DNA of 64,000 bases, taken from positions 1-64,000 of the IMG/VR virus record IMGVR_UViG_3300027908_000006; one strand, 5' to 3'. Shown here piece by piece: positions 8,236 through 16,437 of this stretch; within the stretch, counting starts at the first letter, position 1; each line of letters opens with the position of its first letter. Origin of the DNA: a virus. Made by a program: the position numbers and the translations under genes. Under the pieces are notes generated by a model. That model ran no database searches and was not told where the DNA came from. It saw nothing but the letters and a program-made list of their open reading frames with translations.

Positions 8236-8928
8236 GTGTCGTTGACGACGTTCTTCTACGACGGGCAGGCCGTGGGCCGCGACTCCAGCGGCAACATGGT
8301 CAACATGGACGACACGGCCAAGTGCGAGTTCATCGGCATCTTGCAATGTGTCGTGGACGCGCAGCAGGTGAACACCACGGATTCGGTCGGCGACACCATC
8401 TTTCGCGTCTTGCAACCGCAGATGTTCACCGTCAACATCGCCTCCGCCGTTGCCGGGCAGGAAGGCAAGAAGGTCTACTGGCAGTACAACGAGACGGTGG
8501 CCTATAACGGCCTGACCAACTTCAATTACGCGGGCTACGTCTGGCAGGTCTTGTCCTCGACGCAGGTCGTGGTAATCCCGCCGTGGATGGGAGGTGGGCC
8601 TTTTGGTCCCGGCAGCTGGGAGGCCACTGTGCCGGGGCCGAACAGCGGTACGACGACCTTCAACAAGTACGACGTGCGCCGCACCTATCTCTGTAACGAC
8701 ACGGCCAGTCTGACGATCAACCTGCCCGTCTCCACGACCTGTTCTCCGGGTGACGAAATCGCGTTCATCAAGCTCGGCACGGGCAACGACACGTTCAACT
8801 TCAAGCCCTCCGGTACGGATTCGATCAACAGTTCGACCGCGACCTTCGCCTCCGGTTCGGCAACCGTGCAGTTCCACAAGACGGTAGTGACTACCGACGC
8901 TGCGGGCAATTGGTACACGGCGGGATAG
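8236..8928 (+). CDS. Head decoration/cement-like protein (DUF2190-like N-terminal part), tentative
   Basis: Lies between the protease/scaffold and capsid genes. VAGQEGKKVYWQ resembles the DUF2190 pattern. The frame stays open through the upstream intergenic region (GAAAGGGG then ATT 8152), so the real N-terminus may be longer than the GTG 8236 start. Confidence 0.4.
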   Translation: MSLTTFFYDGQAVGRDSSGNMVNMDDTAKCEFIGILQCVVDAQQVNTTDSVGDTIFRVLQPQMFTVNIASAVAGQEGKKVYWQYNETVAYNGLTNFNYAGYVWQVLSSTQVVVIPPWMGGGPFGPGSWEATVPGPNSGTTTFNKYDVRRTYLCNDTASLTINLPVSTTCSPGDEIAFIKLGTGNDTFNFKPSGTDSINSSTATFASGSATVQFHKTVVTTDAAGNWYTAG

Positions 8929-9056
8929 ACGAAGCGCAAACAGCGGCTAGGACATCGAACCCGAAAATCTGACCTTCCCCGGTTGGACAAGCCGCTGCGA
9001 TCAAGGGGATTACCCGTTGGGGAACGGGCGTGAGCCGCTAGATGGCAGTGGGGCAG

Positions 9057-9602
9057 TTAAACAACGTGTTGCCAGATTCGCCCTTGAGCGATGGCATCAA
9101 TCAGCGGTTTGCTGACGTTGTGCTGCTGCGCAAGGACCACTCGCCTTACTCCTGCCGCCAGATCAACGCGAATCTGCCGAACTTTGTCATCATCCAATTT
9201 AGCAAGGCCGTTGCGGACGCCTACTCCACCGTGGCAATGGGAGCGTCGGCCTTTCTTGAGACAGTCGCGGAAGTTGTCACCAGCCGTGCCAAGAAAGAGG
9301 TGTGCCGGGTTGACGCAGGCGGGGTTGTCGCCGCCCGGACAGTTGTGGCAGACTTTCAGGCCGGATGGGATTGGTCCGTGAGTCAGCACCCATGCCAGAC
9401 GATGAGCGTAGATAGCGCGGTGCCGCCGTCGGTCGCTCGCCTCTCGTACTGTGCAAGCCGTGTAGAACCACCCGTAACCGAAGGGGTGGTGTCCTGCCTT
9501 GTCGTTCTGGAATATCCAGCACTCGCCCTTGATGACTTTGGACCAGAATCGCTCGGCTTCGTGGACGGGGAATGGAAACGGGATAGGATCAACCTTGGAC
9601 AT
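9057..9602 (-). CDS. HNH homing endonuclease
   Basis: 181 aa on the opposite strand to all neighbours. AHRLAWVLTHGPIPSGLKVCHNCPGGDNPACVNPAHLFLGTAGDN is an HNH_3-type motif. Confidence 0.8.
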   Translation of the reverse strand: MSKVDPIPFPFPVHEAERFWSKVIKGECWIFQNDKAGHHPFGYGWFYTACTVREASDRRRHRAIYAHRLAWVLTHGPIPSGLKVCHNCPGGDNPACVNPAHLFLGTAGDNFRDCLKKGRRSHCHGGVGVRNGLAKLDDDKVRQIRVDLAAGVRRVVLAQQHNVSKPLIDAIAQGRIWQHVV

Positions 9603-9671
9603 GGACGGCTCCTCGAAAGTCGTTTGTGTTCAGAACCGACGGGCGTTCGCGCGCCTGCCGGTTCATTTGTT

Positions 9672-9705
9672 TTAGCGGCCTGATCCGAATAGGCAAGGCC
9701 GCTAA
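9672..9705 (+). promoter_or_regulatory. Stem-loop overlapping the capsid-gene RBS
   Basis: TTAGCGGCCT (9672-9681) and AGGCCGCTAA (9696-9705) form a perfect 10-bp inverted repeat with a 14-nt loop. The 3' arm runs into AAGGAG (9704-9709), just before ATG 9711. Confidence 0.4.
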
Positions 9706-9710
9706 GGAGC

Positions 9711-10721
9711 ATGAAAATGCCGACAAGTCAGATGCTCGATGTCTATACGGCGCGCTTCAAGGCCGAGTTCTGGAAGGCGTGGAATGCCACTGCCGAACCG
9801 GCGCCGTGGGAGGCGTTCACACAGGTCGTGCCGAGTACCACGCGCATCGAACATTACCCGTACTTCACGCCGATCCCGCAAGTCTCGCTCTGGCAGGGCT
9901 ACCGCAATTACGGCAGCGTGTCGAGCAAGATTTACTCGCTCCAGAACTACCCGTATCACACGGAGTTCCAGTCCACCCTGGAAGACTTCGACGACGAGCA
10001 GACCGGCGCGCTGGCGATGAAGCCGAAGGAACTGGTGGAGAAGTGCAAGCTGTTCCCCGGACGGCAAACGCTCATCAGCCTGGGCAACGGCGCCTCGACG
10101 CCCTGCTTCGACGGCACCAACTTCTTCGCGGGATCGCACACCTACGGCACGGGCAACAACAACCTGACGTACACGAGCCTGGTCAACGACTCGACGACGC
10201 ACTACCTGTACGCGCTCTACTTCGGCAACAGTGTCCTCAAGCCGCTGATCTGGCAGAATCGGGCGGGGCCGGAACTGCGGACCATCGCGGGCACGGAGCA
10301 GAGCTACGAGTCGCGGCAGATTCGCTGGTGGTGCGACCTCCGCGGCGGCTACGGCTACGGCTACTGGTGGAACGCGATCAAGATGACGATTACGGGAACG
10401 CCGTCCGTCATCGACATGCTCTTGATCTTCCAACTGATTGACAACGCCTTCCGCTCCTTCACGCTACCGGTGACGCAGACGAACGAGAAACCGGAGTACA
10501 TCCACGAGCAGACGGTGTTCTCGGACAAGAACCTGTACATGATGGGCAGTATCAAGCTCCAGCAGGTTCTCCGGCAATCGCTGGGTCTGCCGGTCGTGCC
10601 GCAGTACCTCCCCGGCGGCCAGAACGTCGTCAGCGGCAACGTCCAGGCTCAGACAGTCCCTACTGTAAATCTGTACCACCAATTCGCAAGGTACGGTGTG
10701 TCGGCGCTACTAGGCACATAG
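9711..10721 (+). CDS. Major capsid protein (Mu gpT-like)
   Basis: 336 aa with a strong AAGGAG RBS. YTARFKAEFWKAWNATAEPAPWEAFTQVVPSTTRIEHYPYF follows the gpT-family N-terminal pattern. Positioned after the protease/scaffold gene. Confidence 0.7.
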   Translation: MKMPTSQMLDVYTARFKAEFWKAWNATAEPAPWEAFTQVVPSTTRIEHYPYFTPIPQVSLWQGYRNYGSVSSKIYSLQNYPYHTEFQSTLEDFDDEQTGALAMKPKELVEKCKLFPGRQTLISLGNGASTPCFDGTNFFAGSHTYGTGNNNLTYTSLVNDSTTHYLYALYFGNSVLKPLIWQNRAGPELRTIAGTEQSYESRQIRWWCDLRGGYGYGYWWNAIKMTITGTPSVIDMLLIFQLIDNAFRSFTLPVTQTNEKPEYIHEQTVFSDKNLYMMGSIKLQQVLRQSLGLPVVPQYLPGGQNVVSGNVQAQTVPTVNLYHQFARYGVSALLGT

Positions 10722-10763
10722 GTTGATGGTGGAAAAGTTCTGTGCCTCTTGAGGACTTGAGTA

Positions 10764-11156
10764 ATGCCAGCGGTCGCGGTACTCCCCCGGTGCAAGCAGT
10801 GCAAGGGCGATCTGGTGATGACGGACGTGTTCCGCTGTGGAATGTGCGGGGTGCCTTACCTCGTCAACGGCAAGCCCCTGAGTCTCGCACAGGCCCACGG
10901 CGAGGAACCGTTCCTCCGTGACGATCTCGAACCGGACCCGGACATGATCCCGCCGCACATGCGCCACATCATGCAGGGCGGCGAACCGGCCTCGCAAGAG
11001 GAGTTGCAGGCGCTCAACCCACTTCCAGAAAAGGAAGTGGCCTCACCTGCGGACCTGATTTCCGCTGAGCCAGCGAAGCCGGTGGTGGACCTGACGCCCG
11101 TGCCGGAGAAGCCTCTGTTTCGGGTGGACAAGAAGAATCGGTTGATCACGGAGTAG
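10764..11156 (+). CDS. Hypothetical protein with N-terminal zinc ribbon
   Basis: CKQCKG...CGMCG pair; 130 aa. Confidence 0.45.
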   Translation: MPAVAVLPRCKQCKGDLVMTDVFRCGMCGVPYLVNGKPLSLAQAHGEEPFLRDDLEPDPDMIPPHMRHIMQGGEPASQEELQALNPLPEKEVASPADLISAEPAKPVVDLTPVPEKPLFRVDKKNRLITE

Positions 11157-11159
11157 GTA

Positions 11160-11447
11160 ATGGCAGCGCCGGTAGACCAATTTGCCGCGATCATCCAGCA
11201 GAGCAACGGCATCGTGTCGCTGTCCGACCCAGCCTCCGACTTCATCGCCATTACGCCGAGTGACACAATCCAATTCGCTCCGACGCGCGGCGTCTACGTC
11301 GGTGGTGCTGGGACGCTGGTTGTCGATGGTGCTTACGGTGGTACGTCTGTAACGCTATCTGGACTTCTCGCCGGTATGGTCTACCCGTTTCGCATCAATC
11401 GCGCCTACACGGCCAGTTCCGCCACAGGCATCGTCGGCCTCTACTGA
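11160..11447 (+). CDS. Small conserved virion-type protein (hypothetical)
   Basis: 95 aa. The ITPSD...GVYVGGAGTLVVDG...VYPFRI pattern is reminiscent of small head-spike/connector proteins of GTA-like particles. This is recollection only. Confidence 0.4.
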   Translation: MAAPVDQFAAIIQQSNGIVSLSDPASDFIAITPSDTIQFAPTRGVYVGGAGTLVVDGAYGGTSVTLSGLLAGMVYPFRINRAYTASSATGIVGLY

Positions 11448-11461
11448 GTGGAGGCCATTCC

Positions 11462-11815
11462 TTGAACACCACCGTTCAGACGACCGGGACCGTCGTTCTC
11501 ACTTCGGGTTCGACGGAGACGTTCTTGACCGGCAACGACTCCCTCTCCGGCACCTCGAATCTCTTTCTCAACGGTCAACCGTGGAACCTGTCGGGCGGGT
11601 CGGTGTCGCTGGTGTTCATTGATCCGAGCAACAACCGCTCCTCCGTCAGCGCGACCATCTCGCCGGACGGCTTCACGGCGACGGCGACGTGGGTCGTGCC
11701 GAGCAGCCCGTTAGGACCGTGGGCGCGGTGCTGGGTTATCACCCCGGCGACAGGTAGCCCGCAGGTGTCGCGGAGCATCCGGTTCAACGTGGTCAATCCA
11801 CCGACGCAGGGGTAG
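11462..11815 (+). CDS. Hypothetical structural protein
   Basis: TTG start; 117 aa, Ser/Thr-rich. Confidence 0.35.
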   Translation: MNTTVQTTGTVVLTSGSTETFLTGNDSLSGTSNLFLNGQPWNLSGGSVSLVFIDPSNNRSSVSATISPDGFTATATWVVPSSPLGPWARCWVITPATGSPQVSRSIRFNVVNPPTQG

Positions 11816-12008
11816 CCGTGTGGACAATCTACTACTACTTCTTCTTTCAACCGCAGGTGGGAACGCAACCGACAGGCGTCGTTACGATCCGGGACACGTT
11901 GACCTTTGCGCACCCTGTCGCAGACGCACTCACTTTCGTTCATCCGATCCGCGACACGCTCTACTTCACATGACGATATTCTTTTAGACAACACTCGTTC
12001 CGACGAGT

Positions 12009-12506
12009 ATGATGGGCAGCATGTTCCTACCGGACAACAGCCTGATCGAGAGCATTCTTGGAACCCAGCTCAAGCAAGGGTCATTTGCAGCGTTGCCGGA
12101 ATACTGGACCAACATCGTCGGGGTGTCGCACCCGAAGGCGTACAACGAAATCTACATGGCGCTGATGCGCCGTGGCTTTACAGCAGCGCAGATTAACGCC
12201 TGGGATAGTGGAGCCGAGTACGAACTGGACATCAGCCTGTGGTGGTGTCTGGTGTACGGGGCTGGCTTACAAGCTTACGATCCAAAGTGGGTGGCACAAC
12301 TCGACCGCCGCCGGAATATGCTGCCCACGGTGGAAATCAGCAACGCTGGTGTCTGGCAGGCACCGGGCATCCCGCCTCCCACGGGACCGGGACAGGCATA
12401 CGCGGCACCGCAGGAGCGGTGGAATTGGGGTTTCGGACCTCCGCTGCGGAGTGGCTGTTATGGCGGTTACACGCAGGGCGAGTCAAACCCATACTTCGAG
12501 CAGTGA
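12009..12506 (+). CDS. Hypothetical protein
   Basis: 165 aa, in the head-tail region. Confidence 0.45.
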   Translation: MMGSMFLPDNSLIESILGTQLKQGSFAALPEYWTNIVGVSHPKAYNEIYMALMRRGFTAAQINAWDSGAEYELDISLWWCLVYGAGLQAYDPKWVAQLDRRRNMLPTVEISNAGVWQAPGIPPPTGPGQAYAAPQERWNWGFGPPLRSGCYGGYTQGESNPYFEQ

Positions 12507-12514
12507 GGCGAGTT

Positions 12515-12901
12515 ATGCTTCGACGTTCATTCTTCGGGCGAGTGTTCGGCGTCATCGGCTGCCTCTTCGCGCCACATACGGCACAGTCCGTGGCGAAAGA
12601 GTTGGTCGATGGGCTGCGTGATGGGTCGGTTGTCCTTCCTGATCCGTTGGCCGTGGCGCAGAGCGACAAAGACCGTAACGGCAATTGTGTGGCCCAAGTC
12701 TTTCGCAAGGGGACGGACGGCTACTACTACCACATTCACCGCAACGAAGTCCGTGCGGGTGATGAGTGTATCGTTATCGGCCTTGACGGAAAGCGACTCT
12801 GGCGCGTCGATGCCTACAAGGTCCATGAACGTGGCTATACGCGAATGGATGAATTGGAAGGCGCTTACGTCGATGGTGAAATCAAGAGTTTGCTCAAGTG
12901 A
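12515..12901 (+). CDS. Hypothetical protein
   Basis: ATG 12515, 9 nt after the upstream stop. The track start at 12239 overlaps the upstream gene. Confidence 0.45.
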   Translation: MLRRSFFGRVFGVIGCLFAPHTAQSVAKELVDGLRDGSVVLPDPLAVAQSDKDRNGNCVAQVFRKGTDGYYYHIHRNEVRAGDECIVIGLDGKRLWRVDAYKVHERGYTRMDELEGAYVDGEIKSLLK

Positions 12902-12907
12902 CCACCC

Positions 12908-13267
12908 ATGAAGATTGAATCCTCCAAGGTGAAGATTCGCGTGGAAGATGACGCCGTGGTGATCCTCCTCGATGCTCCCACGGATGGCTTTCTGACGCCG
13001 TGGCAAGACGCTTACCAGATCGGCTGGGCTTTGCGGGAACAGGCGTTGCACTTGCCGGAAGTGTTCGCCGTGGATTGGAAGGCTGTCACGCAAGAACTGG
13101 CTCAGTTGCAGGTTTCGCAGAAGGACGGTGTGGTCCTGCTCCGCTTCGCGTGGACGGATCGGCTTCGGTTCTCCAAGGCGGCTGGGTTGAAGATGGCCAA
13201 GACGCTGCGGATGGTGGCCGTTCAGGGACAGGTGGCACAGAAACAGTTGTTGGAGATGAAGGCGTGA
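12908..13267 (+). CDS. Hypothetical protein
   Basis: 119 aa, co-directional. Confidence 0.45.
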   Translation: MKIESSKVKIRVEDDAVVILLDAPTDGFLTPWQDAYQIGWALREQALHLPEVFAVDWKAVTQELAQLQVSQKDGVVLLRFAWTDRLRFSKAAGLKMAKTLRMVAVQGQVAQKQLLEMKA

Positions 13268-13698
13268 ACCAGCCGCTTGATTTCACGACGATGTTCGAGA
13301 CGGAGATCGTGCGGATTATCCGTGTGGCCACTGCCGAGAATTTCCTATTCGGGCGCACCCCGGACGGTAGACCGTGGGATGCCGTGACACAGTTTACTCT
13401 GGATCACCGCGAAAACTCGGCCAAGCATGATGACGAGTTGCCGCTTCAAGACACCGGACACCTGATGGGTCAGGCGCTCTTCAACCCGGAAATCGTGGCA
13501 ACGCCCGACACGCTCCACTACATCGTGGACGTGCCGTATGCCGCCCGCCACCAGTTCGGCGGCGAGAGCGAGAGCGGTAAGCAAGTCCCGCAGCGGAAGT
13601 TTCTCGGTTGGACGCCGGAGATGATCGCGGAGGCGAAGAAGGCCGTGGGTGCGGAGGCGGCGGCACAGTTGCGGGCCAGATTTCGGAGGGCGGGCTAA
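13264..13698 (+). CDS. Head-tail joining / virion-morphogenesis-type protein (tentative)
   Basis: GTG 13264 overlaps the upstream stop (GTGA). Assigned by size and position only. Confidence 0.35.
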   Translation: MNQPLDFTTMFETEIVRIIRVATAENFLFGRTPDGRPWDAVTQFTLDHRENSAKHDDELPLQDTGHLMGQALFNPEIVATPDTLHYIVDVPYAARHQFGGESESGKQVPQRKFLGWTPEMIAEAKKAVGAEAAAQLRARFRRAG

Positions 13699-14205
13699 AT
13701 GCCAGTCACCCCATCGCTCTCCGTCCACGAGCGGTTGATCTTGGCGGACAAGGCGTTGATCCAGTCGCTCCTGCCGAATCAGACCTTGTTCCCGGACCTG
13801 ACGGCGCAGTGGGTGCTGGATCAGATCATCGAGAATCAGGACGTAGTGCAGGCTCCGGGAGTGCTGGTCAGCTGCGAAGGCTGCAAGGTGACGTATGAGG
13901 CCATCGACGAGTTCAACGATGCAGTGATGCGTCAGGTACTCATCGCTGTCGTAGCCCGGAACGATCCGAAGTACGTCGCCTTCCGGCCGAAGTTCATGCT
14001 CTGGGAGCAGTCGCTCATGAAGGTCTTTCGTCTGGGGCCGACGCAGGGCTTGAATCCGGTGCTGGCGACTGTGCCGGAAGTGTCGGCGTGCTGGATGGAC
14101 CCGCAGCCGGTCATCGACAAGACCAGCAAGGTGTACCAGAACTTCCGGGGCGGGTTCCTGCTCAAGTACCGCTGTATCGAGCCAAGGGGCGTTGCGGGCC
14201 AGTAA
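13699..14205 (+). CDS. Hypothetical head-tail protein
   Basis: ATG one nt after the upstream stop; 168 aa. Confidence 0.4.
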   Translation: MPVTPSLSVHERLILADKALIQSLLPNQTLFPDLTAQWVLDQIIENQDVVQAPGVLVSCEGCKVTYEAIDEFNDAVMRQVLIAVVARNDPKYVAFRPKFMLWEQSLMKVFRLGPTQGLNPVLATVPEVSACWMDPQPVIDKTSKVYQNFRGGFLLKYRCIEPRGVAGQ

Positions 14206-14220
14206 CCAAAGGGGTTTCCC

Positions 14221-14793
14221 ATGCCAGTCTTCGGCACGTCCACGATCACCGTCACGGCCGCGCTCAATACGGGTGTAAACCTTAATTACACGGTATCGGA
14301 CCCAGCGCCGTCTTCCGGCTACACGTCAACGAACAATACTACCGAACCGCAGACGTTCAAATCCGGCAGCGGGGTATTGCAAATCAATCAGGCTGTGACG
14401 CAGCAGGTCGTCCTGCCAGCCTCCGGTGCCGACACCTTCAACCTGAATACCGGAGCCGTGAGCGGTTCCACCACGGCCCCGCTTGTCTATCCGGGCACGG
14501 GCGGGGCGACGTTCACGACGACGAAGCTCAACCTCTTGGAAATCGACCTCTTCCCCGGTGGTTCACAGACTGTGACTGTGACGCCAGCGGCCAGCAATGG
14601 TTTTGGCGGCCCGATCTCTGGTTCCGGTTCGATCACCATCAACGGTAGCGACAGTACCGGCCTGGGTGGGTCGTTCCGCGCTGAGCGGTCGGATAGCATC
14701 GGCTGGCCGGTGTCGTCCAGTAAGTGCAATCTGGTCGTCCTGAACAACGATTCGATCAACGCCGCCACCTTCACCGTCACCTTCGGAGGCTAG
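14221..14793 (+). CDS. Virion structural protein (hypothetical)
   Basis: 190 aa, Thr/Ser/Gly-rich beta-type sequence. Confidence 0.4.
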   Translation: MPVFGTSTITVTAALNTGVNLNYTVSDPAPSSGYTSTNNTTEPQTFKSGSGVLQINQAVTQQVVLPASGADTFNLNTGAVSGSTTAPLVYPGTGGATFTTTKLNLLEIDLFPGGSQTVTVTPAASNGFGGPISGSGSITINGSDSTGLGGSFRAERSDSIGWPVSSSKCNLVVLNNDSINAATFTVTFGG

Positions 14794-14797
14794 TACA

Positions 14798-15235
14798 ATG
14801 GCTCTCCCGACAGAATTTTCCGGTCTATTGCTGGCCATTCGCTTTGTCACGGCCAGTGGCAACGGCATCATCTACAAGGCACAGCGGACCCGCGTTCACA
14901 TTCACGGTGATACTGGCGACGTTACAAGTGGTGAGGATTTAACGAAGAAACGGATCGGCACGGTTCCAGATTTCGAGGTGACAATCACCAAGGCATCCTA
15001 CGATCCTGCCAATAATCCATTCACTGGCATGATGAACTTCCGGCTGTTCATGTACATTGTCACGACAAGTATCTTTCCGGGCGGTGTTGGGACCGGACAT
15101 TCTTTCTCGTTTTATAACGCCATCTTGGATGACTTCGAGTTGGATCAGGATGCCAACATGCTCGAACCACTGTCGTTGCACATGGTGTCTGGCGATGGTA
15201 GCCAATCGCCGTCTACCTGGTACTCGCTCGACTAA
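14798..15235 (+). CDS. Putative major tail (tube) protein
   Basis: Assigned by position only: two to three genes upstream of the tape measure, with no sheath-sized gene nearby. Confidence 0.35.
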   Translation: MALPTEFSGLLLAIRFVTASGNGIIYKAQRTRVHIHGDTGDVTSGEDLTKKRIGTVPDFEVTITKASYDPANNPFTGMMNFRLFMYIVTTSIFPGGVGTGHSFSFYNAILDDFELDQDANMLEPLSLHMVSGDGSQSPSTWYSLD

Positions 15236-15243
15236 AGGACTCT

Positions 15244-15747
15244 ATGAGCCAAGAGAATGCCTCGCTCGGTCGCCCGTTCCCCTTCACCTTTGAGGGCCAG
15301 TCGCTCCCCATCGGTGTCTGCACGGGCGACGTGGAGTTGCACTTCACGTCCTGGCTGGAGCTGCATGCCCGCGACAAACTCGCTCGCCGCAAGGAAGAGT
15401 TGCGTGACGAGTACGCCTGGTACGTCAACCTGTGGCTCCAGAAGGTCGAGACGGAAGAATACGAGTGGACCGGCTACATCTCTACCCGCATCCGCAAGAC
15501 GGAGGCGGGCAAGAAGGCACTCCTATTGCTGATGATGCAGTCGGCTGGTGCGCTAGTCTCGGCGGAACTCATCGACCGCATCTTCCAGTGCCCCGAAAAG
15601 GTGGACGAACTGTTCAACGATGACGTGGTTCTGGATGAGAATAAGCAACCGCTCCCGGCGGCGGGTCTGTACTGGAAGTCGATCGCGCAGGGGCGCCCTA
15701 CTGTCCCGGTCCCGAACAAGGCGGAACCGGCCGCGACTTCAAAATGA
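15244..15747 (+). CDS. Tail assembly chaperone candidate
   Basis: Assigned by position upstream of the tape measure. Acidic, helical. Confidence 0.35.
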   Translation: MSQENASLGRPFPFTFEGQSLPIGVCTGDVELHFTSWLELHARDKLARRKEELRDEYAWYVNLWLQKVETEEYEWTGYISTRIRKTEAGKKALLLLMMQSAGALVSAELIDRIFQCPEKVDELFNDDVVLDENKQPLPAAGLYWKSIAQGRPTVPVPNKAEPAATSK

Positions 15748-16058
15748 CGTGGACCTACGTCTGTCAGGTTCTCTGCGACCCGCACTCGCCATCTCGCTTC
15801 AGCCGCGAGGAAGTGCTGTCCTACTCGTGGCAGTACGTCCTTGCCGTGCTGTTCTGCAACCGGGACAAGAACCGCAACCCCATCGTGCCGCGTAAGTCGG
15901 AAGAGAAGCCCAAGGACACCAAGGCAGCGTTGCGGAAGATGTACTGGAAGCAAGGCTATCCAGAGCATATCATCAAGGCCAAGGTGCAGGAATTCTTGGA
16001 CCGACAGAAGGCGGCGGAAATCGCAGCAATGGCGGCAAGACAGGCGCGAGGGCAGTAA
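15744..16058 (+). CDS. Hypothetical protein (chaperone-position)
   Basis: ATGA overlap with the upstream gene. Confidence 0.35.
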   Translation: MTWTYVCQVLCDPHSPSRFSREEVLSYSWQYVLAVLFCNRDKNRNPIVPRKSEEKPKDTKAALRKMYWKQGYPEHIIKAKVQEFLDRQKAAEIAAMAARQARGQ

Positions 16059-16079
16059 ACCACTCAACAGGAGAATCCG

Positions 16080-16427
16080 ATGGAAGACTACAAAACGAAC
16101 TACGGACCCACAGAAAACGTCACGCTTTCACCCGTGAAGTTCCTCCATGTCGGCGGCTACAGCTTCAACCTGGCGAACATCTGCTGTCAGTGGAGCAGTG
16201 ACGGGTCTGTGTCCGTGACCGACGTATCGCAGAAGTGCGTGAAGCTGACGGGTCTGGAACGTGACCTCGTGGCCGAGGCGGTCTGTCTGCCTTCTCCGGC
16301 GGAATTGGCCGCGCTCCGGGCCGGTGTGACAGAGCGGCGCGCCAAGGCCGCTACGGATGAGGCGACGGCACGCAAGGCGAAGGAAGATGCGGAGAAGGCA
16401 GAGCAGGCGAAGACTGTCGAGAAGTGA
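16080..16427 (+). CDS. Hypothetical protein
   Basis: 115 aa with a charged C-terminal helix. Confidence 0.4.
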   Translation: MEDYKTNYGPTENVTLSPVKFLHVGGYSFNLANICCQWSSDGSVSVTDVSQKCVKLTGLERDLVAEAVCLPSPAELAALRAGVTERRAKAATDEATARKAKEDAEKAEQAKTVEK

Positions 16428-16437
16428 GGGGTGAGGC

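Noticed and set aside
9042-9683. 213-aa plus-strand ORF overlapping the HNH gene
   Set aside because: The minus-strand frame carries a textbook HNH motif. The plus-strand product has no features and would break the RBS/stem-loop context of the capsid gene.
15244-16427. Programmed -1 frameshift between tail-chaperone-position genes
   Set aside because: The two ORFs overlap by a simple ATGA, and I saw no slippery heptamer with an extended -1 frame. It cannot be excluded without a systematic scan.
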